From IMG/VR virus record IMGVR_UViG_3300031853_000002, positions 32,001-96,000 of that record: a DNA stretch of 64,000 nt. The stretch is one strand, 5' to 3'. How positions within the stretch are numbered: the first letter of the stretch is position 1; every line of letters begins with the position of its first letter. This document shows, one piece after another, positions 1 to 12,061 of the stretch. The position numbers and the translations under genes were made by a program. Below the pieces are notes generated by a model. It did not search any database and was not told where the DNA came from. It saw nothing but the letters and a program-made list of their open reading frames with translations. The stretch comes from a virus (taxonomy: Duplodnaviria; Caudoviricetes).

Positions 1-1
1 T

Positions 2-946
2 GAAATATGGTTCGAGCATCATTTCTTTTAGGCTGGACATGAAAGTCTTAGAGTAGACGAAATGAATGGAACAGTTATAGTTTCATTATCAGATACATCA
101 TTTACACTTGTTCCAGGTTCTTCTAGTATATAGCTTAGAGCTTAGGATAATACTATTGTTATTTCTAGCAATGCTCTAACTTATATTGATACTGATGATC
201 AATTAGAATGGAAAGAGAATAAATTATACCATAAAGATTCTGGAATAAAGACAGGTTCTTATGGACCTAAAAGTTCTTCTTCTGGTGTAAATATTATTAA
301 AATTCCAAAAATTACTTTTAATAAGTATGGACATGCTACTTCTGCTGAAAATATAGATATAACTATTAGAGACTATGTTGAACAAAGAAGTGCTGATGAA
401 TCTGATACTAATAGACAAATACTTCTAGCAGAACGTAATACTAGTACAAGTGATACAAATATAACTAGAAAGGGAGAAGGTCTTACTTATAACAATCATA
501 CAAAGTTACTTAAGGCAGGAAGCTTAGAATTATCAGGAAGTCAATCTCAAAGTCTTGTAATAAGACAAGGAGATGTTATAGTAGAAAATGGTATTATTGT
601 TGGTAAATTGCAGGGAGAAATAACAGGTACTGCTATTCCTAAGATTCACTTATCTTAGGTACCTGAATATGGAGGTGCATCTACAAATCTATATGGACAT
701 GTGAAATTAGTAGATACAATAGAAGGTACACCTAAACCATCTAGTAATAATTCAGATGTGAATGCTCCTGTTGAAAGTTTAGCAGCTTCTCCATATCTAG
801 TTTATAATTATGTTTAGGCTAATAAATTTAAAGTAAATGGAATCAATGCTAACCACCAAGCAATAGAAATTTAGGATAGATTAAACTTTACAGATGATTT
901 CGTTCTATAGAATAACAATATATCTATAGGTTGGACCGAATTATGA
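2..946 (+). CDS. Tail fibre-like protein, 5'-truncated (code 15)
   Basis: Frame open from the window start with TAG as the only in-frame stop seen; ends TGA 944-946 overlapping the next ATG. Fibre-type motifs PKITFNKYGHATS and NLYGHVKLVD. Confidence 0.75.
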
Positions 947-2976
947 GCAAACTTATATACTCACCTACTTCAGCTCTACTTGAGAGTACTTACGATGGAA
1001 TAAAAAATAGAGATTAGACCGTTAATCCTGTGTATTATTCAGTTGCTTATACAGGAGATGGATACATGTATACACATGGAAAAAAGTTTAGATTATTTAG
1101 TGTTATTAATGATGAGATAGAAGGTTTAGCTTTTTAGATTTAGAATGGAACTGCAATCCTAACTATAGATGGTATATCAATGGGTTCAGGAACCGTTATT
1201 CAAGGTATTACTGGAGATTCTGTAATTACGGCCACTACAAAGGATGGAACTACAAGCATTGGACATACAGAATACCTTAACGAAAGTAAATAGTACGGAA
1301 GTGCAACTTAGGTCCCTATAATTACAGTAAATAAATCTGGACATATTACTGCTATATAGAATAGTGCAACTATAGATATATCAAAAGTTAAAGCAGGGGC
1401 AGTATCTGATTCTGGATCATATTACTTAACAGGAGTTACAGGGAATACTCTTCAAAATCCATTATATAGTTCAAAATTATATTTTGATGAAGATGGTAAT
1501 TTACATGCTAACAATCTTTATATAGGAAATAATGCAATATCTACATTATATGTACCTACCTCTCATACTTCAGTTTATGCAACAGATTCTACGTACGGAC
1601 ATGTAATATTATCTGATACACCAAGCAGTGACCATGATGTAAATGATAATATAGCTGCTACCCCAAAAGCTGTAGTAGAAGGAATAAATACTGCAAATTA
1701 GTATGCACAAGAATTATTTGCTGCATAGGATGCTATGGTATTTCTCGGCACTATAAAGGCTAATGGAGTTATTACTTCACATAATTCTACAGCACTACCT
1801 ACTGTTGTTGACAATACTACCAGTATAGATACACTTACATATAAGGTAGGTTGGACTTTTCGTTTTATTGAAGCTGGTACATTTAATGGAAATGATGTAG
1901 AAATAGGCGATATGATTATAGCTGTAAAATCTAAGGGTTCTCAATTTAATATAAATGATTGGACAATAATTCAAACAAATATAAGCGGAGCTCTTACAGC
2001 TACTTCAAATTTAAATGGACTTTTATACTCAAATAACTCAAGAGTTGTAAATTCTTTAGCTTTAGCTTCTGGAGTACTTAAAAGTGATGGAAGTTCCTTA
2101 TCTTTCGTTAATCCTAATACACTTTATAGAACAATTAAAGTTAATTCTACTTCAATAGGAACGAATGCTCTTAATCTTATAAGTGGAAATGCAATATCTC
2201 TTACAAGAAATAATGGAGATGTTACTATAGCTGTAAGTGCTTCAAGTATTATAGGGGCTTCTTCATCTCTTACGTTAACTTAGGGAGATATTAATTTTAT
2301 ATATAAACCTAATGCTGATGCTTCACTTACTATAGGAGATGCATTAACATTAACAAAAGATTAGAATGATAATTATATTTTAAAACATGCAACGGGTACA
2401 ACAATTAATAATGTGCTTGGTAGCATAACTACTGATAGTTATGGGCATGTAACTAGTGTTACTTAGGTATCTTCTCTTCCAAACCCAAACGCACTCACTA
2501 TTAAAACTAATAGCACTAGTGTCTTATCTTATACAGGTTCTGCTGCTAAAAGTTTAGTATTTAAAAACGGAGGAGATATATCTTTTACAACCTCTACTAG
2601 TGGAAGTGATAATATAATTAGTGCAACAGTAACACATAAATATAGGGAGATTAAGTATGCTGCTAATTCTTCTACAACAGCTTCCTAGTTATTAGCCAAT
2701 AATTCTGCTACTGCTCTTACTTTGATTGGTGGAGAAAATGTTAGTATAACTACAGTTGATTCATCCAATGAGGCTTTGCCTGCAGGAACATTAATGATTA
2801 ACGCACTTGATACTTGGAGGAATATAGAGGCATATAAGTTTCAAACTGCTCTGTCCCGTAGTTCTATAGGTACAGCGATTCTTAAATTTGGTAATGATTT
2901 TATATATAGTGATGATGAAGTTTCTATAATGTGGACTGAAATAGATGAATAGGGTAGAGTGACATATGTAAAATAA
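943..2976 (+). CDS. Tail fibre protein, ~677 aa (code 15)
   Basis: Joins ORFs 1735 and 2722 across TAGs; ATGA start, TAA end. Ser/Thr/Gly-rich with YGHVILSD, DSYGHVTSV and VEIGDMIIAV..DWTIIQTNI motifs. Confidence 0.8.
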
Positions 2977-2977
2977 T

Positions 2978-4357
2978 ATGAGTAAATTTGTAGGAATTAA
3001 AACATATGAAAGATTTAGAAGTTTATGGGAGAACAATGCTATAGATGAGTTCTCCCTAAACTTTATTCTGGATACTGGGCAATTATATACTCATGGTATA
3101 TTTATAAATAGTGCAGTATTTGGAACAGCTGCTAATGGTGCTGTACCGTTATCTATTGCTGGAACTACAAACACTTTAGCACTTTCATCACATACACATT
3201 CTTAGTACTATAATAAGAATGAAGATATAGATATATCCAATCATAAGATAATTTCTGGAGATAAAGATCTTCTCTTTTGTAGTGGAGGAGCATTATATTT
3301 AGGTAATACTACTAATCCAACTTATATATCAGGAAGTAGCTTATATTCAGTAAAAGGATAGAATACATATACTATTTTAGATACTGGAAATTTCTCTATA
3401 AGTAATACATTACCCTCTGGATATACACATAATAATACAGCTTATATAAAGTATGGTGATAGCTCTTTTTAGATAGATTATGTAAAAAGAATAAACACAT
3501 CCCAATCATTTGATTATTTAAACTCATATACATAGGCTGGAACAAACCAACTAAATGGAGTATATTATGGATATATAAACTTTACAGTAGATAATGTTTA
3601 TACTAATCCTGCTTGGGCACAACTTAGAATAAATATTCCAGGAAAGTCTATACAATACCGTACTAGTGCAGATGTTAATAATTGGATTAGTATGACTGAT
3701 AGTACAGCTGTTAAATTGGGAACAGCTGGAGATACTAATATTACTAATGGTTCTGTAATATCCGCTTTATCATATAATGGTATAATATTTCAAGGGGGAA
3801 CAAATTCATTTAAAGTTGGTAATGGTACTAATAGTATCAATATATCAGTAAATCATGGTTTATCTACAAAAAATATAACTATTAATGGAAGTACATATGC
3901 TTTATATACTTCTGCTTCTAGTTTACCTACTATTTTAGCTCCAACAACACTGGGAACTGATGGACAAATATTAGGAACTAATGGAACAACACTTGAATGG
4001 AAAACTCTTGATAAAGATAATTAGTATACAGCTACCTTATCCGAAGTTGATTTAACTACGTCTTGGTCTAATGTGGATAATCTAAACACTAGGCTTATTG
4101 AAAGTGGTTCTTATATTATACAAATTACTTATGCTTCTTGTATATATACTGGAACATTCTCATATGTTTAGGGAGGAACAGTCGATGATGAAATAATACT
4201 TCATTGTTCAGGAACTATAGACTCTGTAGGCGGAACTAACAGAGGAAGATTATATGCTAAAATAGGAACCTCTTCAGAAACTACTTATTTAAAATTGGCA
4301 GTTTCTTAGAGCGAAAGTAATGTTAATTTATCAATTAAATATAGAAAACTAATATGA
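2978..4357 (+). CDS. Tail fibre-associated protein, ~459 aa (code 15)
   Basis: Joins ORFs 2978 and 3692; ends TGA overlapping ATG 4354. Shares a ~70 aa module with the next gene and a C-terminal domain with gene 11180. Confidence 0.8.
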
Positions 4358-7300
4358 ACATAAAGGATAGTTATCTACATGGTGGAACTCATGTAGTAAA
4401 AAATATAAATTTTTTAATAGCTGCTTCTGGAACAAATCAAAATAAACTAGTTGCAACTATTACTTGGGCAGAAGAGGGCTCCTCAAATACAGAATTAGCT
4501 ATTCCTATAAGTGGAGCAACATTCGGTTCTTAGACTAAGAATACTGTGTTTGCTGCCCCAAATGGTTCTAATGGAGTTCCTTCATTTAGAACATTAGTTG
4601 CCACAGATATTCCTAATATAAGTGCTAATAAGATTACATCAGATACACTAGGAGCAGATAGATTACCTTTAGCAACAAATAGTGCAAAGGGAGCAGTAAT
4701 TCTTGGAGTAGCAAAGACTTCTGATGCTGATTCAGCTATTACAGGTAAGAAGTATTGGGTTAAAATGAATGCCAATGGAAAGTTATTTATAGATGTTCCT
4801 TGGACTGACCATACTTATACAGTTAATAATGCTACTTTTTCTATAAAGAGTAAGATAGGAACTAATGATGCTGTGACTTTATCAGATTTTACAGCTAACC
4901 AGAGTGCTGCAGATGACTTCACACTTATATAGGGATCTAATATCACTTTTACTAATGATGCTACTAATAGAACTCTTACAATAGCAGGAACTCCTAATAC
5001 TACTTATAAGTTAACTCTTAATGGTACAGTAAAAGGTACTACTGGAGGCACAGATTTAGGTACTTTCTATGCTATAGCAACTTCAGATACATCAACTGCT
5101 AACCAAGTATGGATGCGAAACTCTTCAAACGATGGTTATGGTTGGAGAACTTTAGGAAGTAGAGCTTTTGATAGCACATCTTATATACCATTAGCCGGAA
5201 GTAGTAAAACTTCTCCTATAACTGGCACTTTATATATAAAAGATGCAGATGGTATTTATATAAACAGCAATAATCTAGATAAAAACATTTGGCACATTGT
5301 GGGTAATGCAGGTTCTTGGGATAGTTAGTATGGATTCAATCTACAATATTTAGGAACTGGAGGTGACAATAATAATGATTTAGTATTATGGGCACATGCA
5401 TAGGCAGCTACTCATGTAGAAGTATACAGAGTACACCAAGATGGTTCATTTATATTTAAATCAACTCCAAAGGTAGGTACTACATCAGTTTCATTAGCAG
5501 GGCATAAGCATGCATATACAGACTTAACAGGTAGTTCTACAACTGCTAATCAAGCTATAGTATCTAATGGTACAGCAAACGGATGGACTCTTAAAACTCT
5601 TGGTAGTAGAGCATTTGATTCTACTAACTATGTAAAATTAGATGCTGGAGCAGCTGAACAAACTATTAAAAGTAGTATAGGTTCTCTTGGTATTGGTGTT
5701 ATACAATTATGGAGAGCTAATTCAGGTTATTCAATGATTGGATTTGCTAATGGAACTACCAAAACTAATCTTGGTATGATTGGTTTCTCTTCAGCTAATA
5801 CTCTCATATTTAGAAATACAAGTGGTACTGACTATAACATAGCACATGCTGGTAATATTACAGACAAGGCAGCTACTATAACATCTTCAAGTACTACTTT
5901 AGCTACAATAGCTGGAAAGAATATAACTGCCAAGCTACCAACCAACGCAAAAGATACTGCAGGTATAGTAGCAGGACCAGGAGCAGCAGGTAAAGTTTAT
6001 GTATCTGATTCAAATGGGACTCCTATATGGGATACTTATGACACTACAGTAACTTCAGGATCTTCTCATTTAGTAACTTCTGGAGCCGTTTATACAGCTA
6101 TTGCTAATAATGTTGCAAGCGCAGTACAATATCAAGGAACTATTACTTCTGAAGCTGATATGATTGCTCTTACAGGTGCTGGCCAAGGTGACTTTGCTAG
6201 AGTAACTACTTCATTTACATTTACTGATGCATCTGGAGCTTCAGTTACTGCTCATGTAGGAGACGTAGTTTATTTAACAAATAATACTCCTGGAACTGCA
6301 TCTAACTGGCTTGTAGCACATACTGAAATTGATACAAATACATGGACAGCAGCTTCAACAAGTGCAGCTGGTTATGTGCCTAAACTAGCTACAGGAGGTG
6401 CTAATTTAGCAGCAGCATCTACTGATTATGTATTAGCATTTACAAATGGAGCAACTAGCCCTTCATGGCTTAAACTTCCAGCTAATGCTTATAAGAATGA
6501 TAATACAACTGGAATTAAGTTGAAAACTACAGATGGTGCTCCAGGAACTACAAAGATAACAAATGATACTGTTATATCTGTTGGTTCATCTACAGGATTA
6601 CAGATAAAAGGAGGAACAAATAAGTTCTAGATAGGAAATGGAACTAATTATATAGAAGTAAGTGTAGCTCACGGACTCTCTACTAAGAATATAAGTATTA
6701 ACGGAACCAATTATGCTTTATATACTTCAGCAAGTTCTCTTCCAACTATAAAGGCACCTACTGGATTCGGAACAGCTAATTAGATATTAGCTACTAATGC
6801 AGATGCAACAGGTCTTACTTGGGTAAATAAACCTGCTACTAACGTTACTACATCTCTTTATGTAGGGGCATCTGACGGAACTAGTACAGCTGCTCAAACT
6901 GCAGGTAATGTACATCTAATATTGAAAGAAGGTAGTTCATATACAAGATATAAAATAACAGGTTCAGGAAGAGCTTCTGTTACATCTGATGCTAACGGTA
7001 CAATAACTATAAATAGTGCAGGTTATTCTAATTTTGTAAAATCAGGTAGTACAGCAGCAGCAGGACTTGTTCCTAGTCCAGGTACAACTGCAGGTACAGG
7101 TAAGTTTTTATGTGAAGATGGAACTTGGAAAACTCCATCATATATTGCTGATACAGTACGTCCTATATATACTGGAGGAACATCTAGATTTACAAATTCT
7201 CAAAAAACAGCTATAAACTTTGTAGGTGAAGGTGCTACATCTATTACTTTCTTAGCTGCAGGAAAAGGAGACGGAAAAAGTGGAAATGAAAGTTATGCTA

Positions 7301-7947
7301 ACATCAAAATAAGCTCTAATAATGACTTAGTAAAGTTTTCAGCTATAACATCTAGTACAGAATATTATTTACCTGTAAGAGCTAAGAATACTACTGATAC
7401 TGCTCAATAGTTATATCGTACAAGTATAGTAGTGAAAGATTCTACAATAACTGCTACACTTAGTGGTAATGCAAGTACTGCTACTAATTTAAATAAGGCT
7501 TCAGGTACAAATAGAGGATATTTATACTAGAGTGCAAATACTACTACAGCTTGTACAGGAGTAGGTTCAGTAACTGCAGTTGCAGATATAGGTATTCCTT
7601 ATATAGGATATGCTAGTAATGCAAATACTTATGGTATCTATAAAGACTTATTCTATCTATCTGGAACTATAAAATATATAGGAAATAATGTTCATTCTAC
7701 TAAATTTTCTTGTATAAAAAGCAAAGATTCAGTAACAGATGATTGGAGCGGTTCTTCAACCTCTGGACAACAATCAGGCAGTGGACAACAATCAGGTAGT
7801 GGAACTACATATACAGCAGGAGATGGAATATCTATAAACAATGGTACTATATCTACAACAAGAAAAGAATGGTATGGAACTGAAGCTCAATTCAATTCAT
7901 TATCGAGTTTAGATAATAATACTACATATTATATAATGGCAACATGA
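4354..7947 (+). CDS. Long tail fibre protein, ~1197 aa (code 15)
   Basis: Joins ORFs 4546, 5113, 5734 and 6922 in one frame; ATGA overlaps at both ends. Motifs APNGSNGVPSFRTLVATDIP and two copies of TLGSRAFDST. Confidence 0.85.
7764..7796 (+). repeat. 18-bp period tandem repeat (SGQQSG x2 linker)
   Basis: tggacaacaatcagg at 7764-7778 and 7782-7796. Confidence 0.8.
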
Positions 7948-10900
7948 TTAAGAGAGTTGATGAAAATGGAAATGTTAGGCTTATCACAAATATAAGAAAG
8001 CCACGTAAATGGAGAAGATATGAATATTTATAGAGTGATGGTAATGCATATATAGATACTAAGGTTCTTTATGATTCTACTAAATCATCTTATAAGATAG
8101 AATGTAAGTTTAGTTAGCCTTCTAATGTTGGATCATATGATGCTATATTTGGTGCTTATACTGATGAAAATAGTAAAACTTTAAGAATTATTAGAGGTAA
8201 TAATAATTCCATTATGTGGTCCTATTATAATACTAGAGCAGCAGGAGGAGTATGTGGAAGAATAGAAACTGCTAACTCAAATATAAGAGAAGTAGTACTT
8301 ACTTCTACTACAACTATAGTTACTGAAAATGGAACTACCACAACATATACACATCCAGCTGTAAGTGGTAATGATACAACATCAGTATTTTATTTATTCT
8401 GCCAAGGTACATCAAGTGGAGCAATTAGTTGTAAGAGTAAATCAAGAATCTATTATTTTAAACTATATGATAATGATACTCTGATAAGAGACCTTGTTCC
8501 AGCAGAATACAATGGATAGTATGGAATGTGGGACTTAGTTGAAGATAAATTTTATGGGAATTCAGGTACAGGTTCATTTACAGTAGGACCTGAAATAAAG
8601 AATTATGATGAAATATATGAAGTAAAGAAAGCTTATTCTATTTTGCCTTCTGGAGTTGAATTATATGATTATATAGAAGGTAATGGTACATCTACCTATT
8701 TAGATACTGGAGTAAACCCTCAAGTTAAACCGAGAGTTGTGGCAGATTTAACATTCGTAAATTCTGCTGATAAGGATTATTGGGGTAATTCAGCTATAGC
8801 TGGATCTGCTTATTATGCAGACTTTTATCAATGTTAGTTAAAGTATTATAGATTCGGCAGTACTGTATCAATTGATTGTGGCAATGCAGTGTCTGTTAAT
8901 ACTAGGCATATATATGATGTTTCTGATAATGTTTACCTAGACGGAACCTTAATAAAAACTACTACTAATACTTATACATATAATTCATCTCAGTCTACCA
9001 TTTTAATATTTAAGGCTGCTAGAAGTAATTATTATTCTAACTATAAACTACATGATTTTGAATTATATGATGGTGATACATTAGTAAGACATTTATTACC
9101 TTGTACATACTTAGGAGAACCAGGAATGTGGGATACTGTAGAAAATAAATTCTACAGAAATCAAGGAACTGGACAATTTACTCTTGGAAATAAGATTACT
9201 TTAAAGTAGTATGAGTATTTAGCCACTAATGATGTAAATCAATATATAGCAACTAATGTTTATCTTAATGATGGACATATAGGAGAATATGATATGATTT
9301 TTAAATATGATGCTACAAGTACTAGAAGAATTACTGGAGGAACTAATGGTAAGTGGTCTGCTTATTTTGGGGCACACACAGATAATACCTATGGTATAGT
9401 AACTTCTGGATCTAACTATCCAATAGGAAATATAGATCATCTACGTGAGTACTTTGACTTAGTTAACTATAGAGTTGGTGGATACCTGAATGGTGTTTAG
9501 TATTGGGATAAACCTGCAAGAGCTCTTGATGCTGGATATATGGATATATTTGCATTATAGGCTAAAGCATATGGAGGTGGACAATACTTCTATTCTGGAA
9601 AACTACTAATTGATAATCAAATTGTTCGCGACTTCATCCCAGTTTCATACAACGGAACTCCAGGTTTATGGGATAAAGTAGAATGGAAATTCTATGCAAA
9701 TGCTGGAAGTGGTAGTTTTACTTTAGGACCTGAGAAAGCAAGTGGTATTTATCCTGTTACTGAAGGTTCTGCTTATGGAGTACAATGGACTGAAAATTAG
9801 TCTTCTACTACTTTATTACGCATAGGAAGTTATAATCTACATAGAGAACTACCTATATAGTCTCAATTTAAAGGTTGTGTAGTTAATCCATTTACTAAAC
9901 AAGTAATATATTGGCTAGATGAAAATGATTGGTCAAAGAAAGCGGATGGAACCTCTTCTGTATTAGATGGTACTGATGGATAGGTAATGGTACATATTCC
10001 AAGATTCTGGGGTAAGTCAGGAAAAGCAGGAACAACTTGTTGGGTTAAAATATCACCCAGATATATAGATTCTACTTGGCAAGAAATTCCAGAGATGTTT
10101 GTAGGAGCTTATAGAGCTACTGTAAGTAATAGTAAAGCATATTCCGTTGTTAATACAACTGCAGCTTTTAGAGGAGGAGATAATAGAAGTGCTTATGATA
10201 CTTATCTAAATTCAGACCCATTTAGAAGTGATCTCGGTAAACCTAGAACCAATCTATCAAGAGCTAACATGCGTACTTATTGTAGAAACAATGGTATGGA
10301 AATGCTTAATTATGAGTATTATAAATGGATATTTTATTGGTGTTATGTAATAGAATACGCTAACTTTAATTGTTAGGCAGCATTTAATAGTATGCTTACT
10401 AATGATGGCTTTAGATAGGGAGGACTTGGAAGTGGAGTAACTACATGGTCTAATACAGCTACCTCATGGTCTGGATATAATGCAACTTATCCAATAACTC
10501 CTAATGGTTATTGTAATAGTATTGGTAATGGAACTGGTACAAAAGCCCTTACTATTCCATAGACAGTAAATGGAAGTAATACCATAGCATCAAAAACATT
10601 CTATGTTCCAAGATGGAGAGGCTTTGATAATCCATTTGGAGATACTTGGACTAACCTTGATGGTTGTAACGTACAAGGAGATACAGAAGGTAACCCTAAG
10701 AATATATATACTACAACTGACCCTTCTAAGTATGGAGATAATACTACTGCAATAAGTAATATGACTTTAGCTGGACATATAATCCATAAAGACGGATGTG
10801 TAAAAGAATTTGATCTTGGAAGTACAGGTAATATATTTGCTTCTTCTGTTGGTGGAAGTTCTACTACATATAAGTGCGATTATAATTATACTGGCTCAAA

Positions 10901-11039
10901 AAATACTTCACTTAGATAGCTCTTGGTGGGCGGTGGCGTCGATCGTGGTGGCACGGCTGGCCTTAGTTCTTTGCTTTCTTCCGTTGAGGTTGGTACTGAG
11001 CGTTCGTCTGGCGGTTTCCGACCTATAGTAGTAGTTTAA
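7944..11039 (+). CDS. Receptor-binding protein, ~1031 aa: three tandem ~200 aa beta-sandwich (LamG-like) modules plus C-terminal CLec/Mtd-like domain; probable DGR target
   Basis: Joins ORFs 8214, 8526, 8889, 9294 and 9987. Three repeats end RD(L/F)xPxxYNGxxG(M/L)WDxVExKFYxNxGxGxFTxG (second copy RHLLPCTYLG). C-terminus: RWRGFDNPFGDTW...LLVGG...GGTAGL...GGFRPIVVV*. Confidence 0.85.
10921..11025 (+). other. Putative DGR variable region (VR)
   Basis: 10921-11020 has 6 A and 59 G+C in 100 nt, in an A-rich genome, at the 3' end of a CLec-type gene ending GFRP. Confidence 0.7.
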
Positions 11040-11113
11040 AGATTATAAAGGTAATATAGAATAAGGCTTAGAGATACACTATTTATACAAAAATTAGCCA
11101 TACGTTAGTTTTA

Positions 11114-11150
11114 TTAGATGTAAATAGATTTTAAGATATATTTTTAAAAT
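11114..11150 (+). promoter_or_regulatory. Possible Bacteroidota sigma-A-like promoter (weak match)
   Basis: TTAG-N19-TATATTTT in the 140-bp gap before gene 11180; consensus is TTTG-N19-21-TAnnTTTG. Confidence 0.3.
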
Positions 11151-11179
11151 AAAGTTACCAAAACATATCACAATATACT

Positions 11180-12061
11180 ATGGCAATAAGAAAACAATTA
11201 CAATGGGACGATAGTACAGATATATGGCCTATCACTGATGCCAGTGCTATACATTATACATATAATCCAAGTGATGCTTCTAAAATAACATCTCCAATTT
11301 CAGGAACATCATATGGATTAGATAATTATTTAAATGGATTATTAGATAGAGTATTAACAACAGATGATATAATAGCAGCTGCTACCAATGTAAACAAAGG
11401 TAAAGGTATACTGTATAATAGCGGAGATGGAATTACAGCTGTTGCTTTACCTTCAGCAGGTACAACTAATGCTTTTGTTAAATGTACATATACATCAGCG
11501 GGAGTTCTAAGTTTAACATTTGATCCTAATACTTATTTAGTTTCAACTACTAAGTATGCAGCTTCTTCATCAGTTGGAGGAGCTGCTACTACTGCAGTAG
11601 ATTTAACTGGAGGTGTAAAAGGTAATATACTTTACTAGAATGCAGCTAATGATACAGCTTTTTTAGCTAATGGATCTTCTGGATAGGTACTTAAATGCAA
11701 TGGAAATGCGGCTCCCTCTTGGATGACTATAGAAAATTATACTACAACAACCATTGCTGCAGCTAATTATAGTCTTTCTAATGCAGAATGGAAAGCAGTT
11801 AGTACAGCATTACCAACAAAGACCGGTACATATGCACTTTATATAGATGATTCTACTAATGGTTCTTATGCGGGAATATTTGCAATAGAAGGAGGAGCTA
11901 AAGAAAAGTTGGACGAAATTCCTTTACATTGGGCTACTGCTACAACAACAACTGCAGATAGTGCTCGCATATATGCAGCAGTAAAAGAGGGTAAATTATA
12001 GTTATCTTCTAATACTAGTGGAACATATAATTTAACAATTAAATATAAGAGAATAATATGA
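11180..12061 (+). CDS. Tail fibre-associated protein, ~293 aa (code 15)
   Basis: Joins ORFs 11180 and 11723; ends TGA overlapping ATG 12058. GNILYQNAANDTAFLANGSSGQVL fibre motif. Confidence 0.8.

Noticed and set aside
10810-11028. 72 aa hydrophobic ORF (possible holin)
   Set aside because: Off-frame overlap with the CLec gene; it stays open because the A-poor VR lacks stop codons.
11040-11179. tRNA or DGR template repeat in the intergenic gap
   Set aside because: No cloverleaf and no similarity to the VR; reads as an AT-rich promoter-like spacer.
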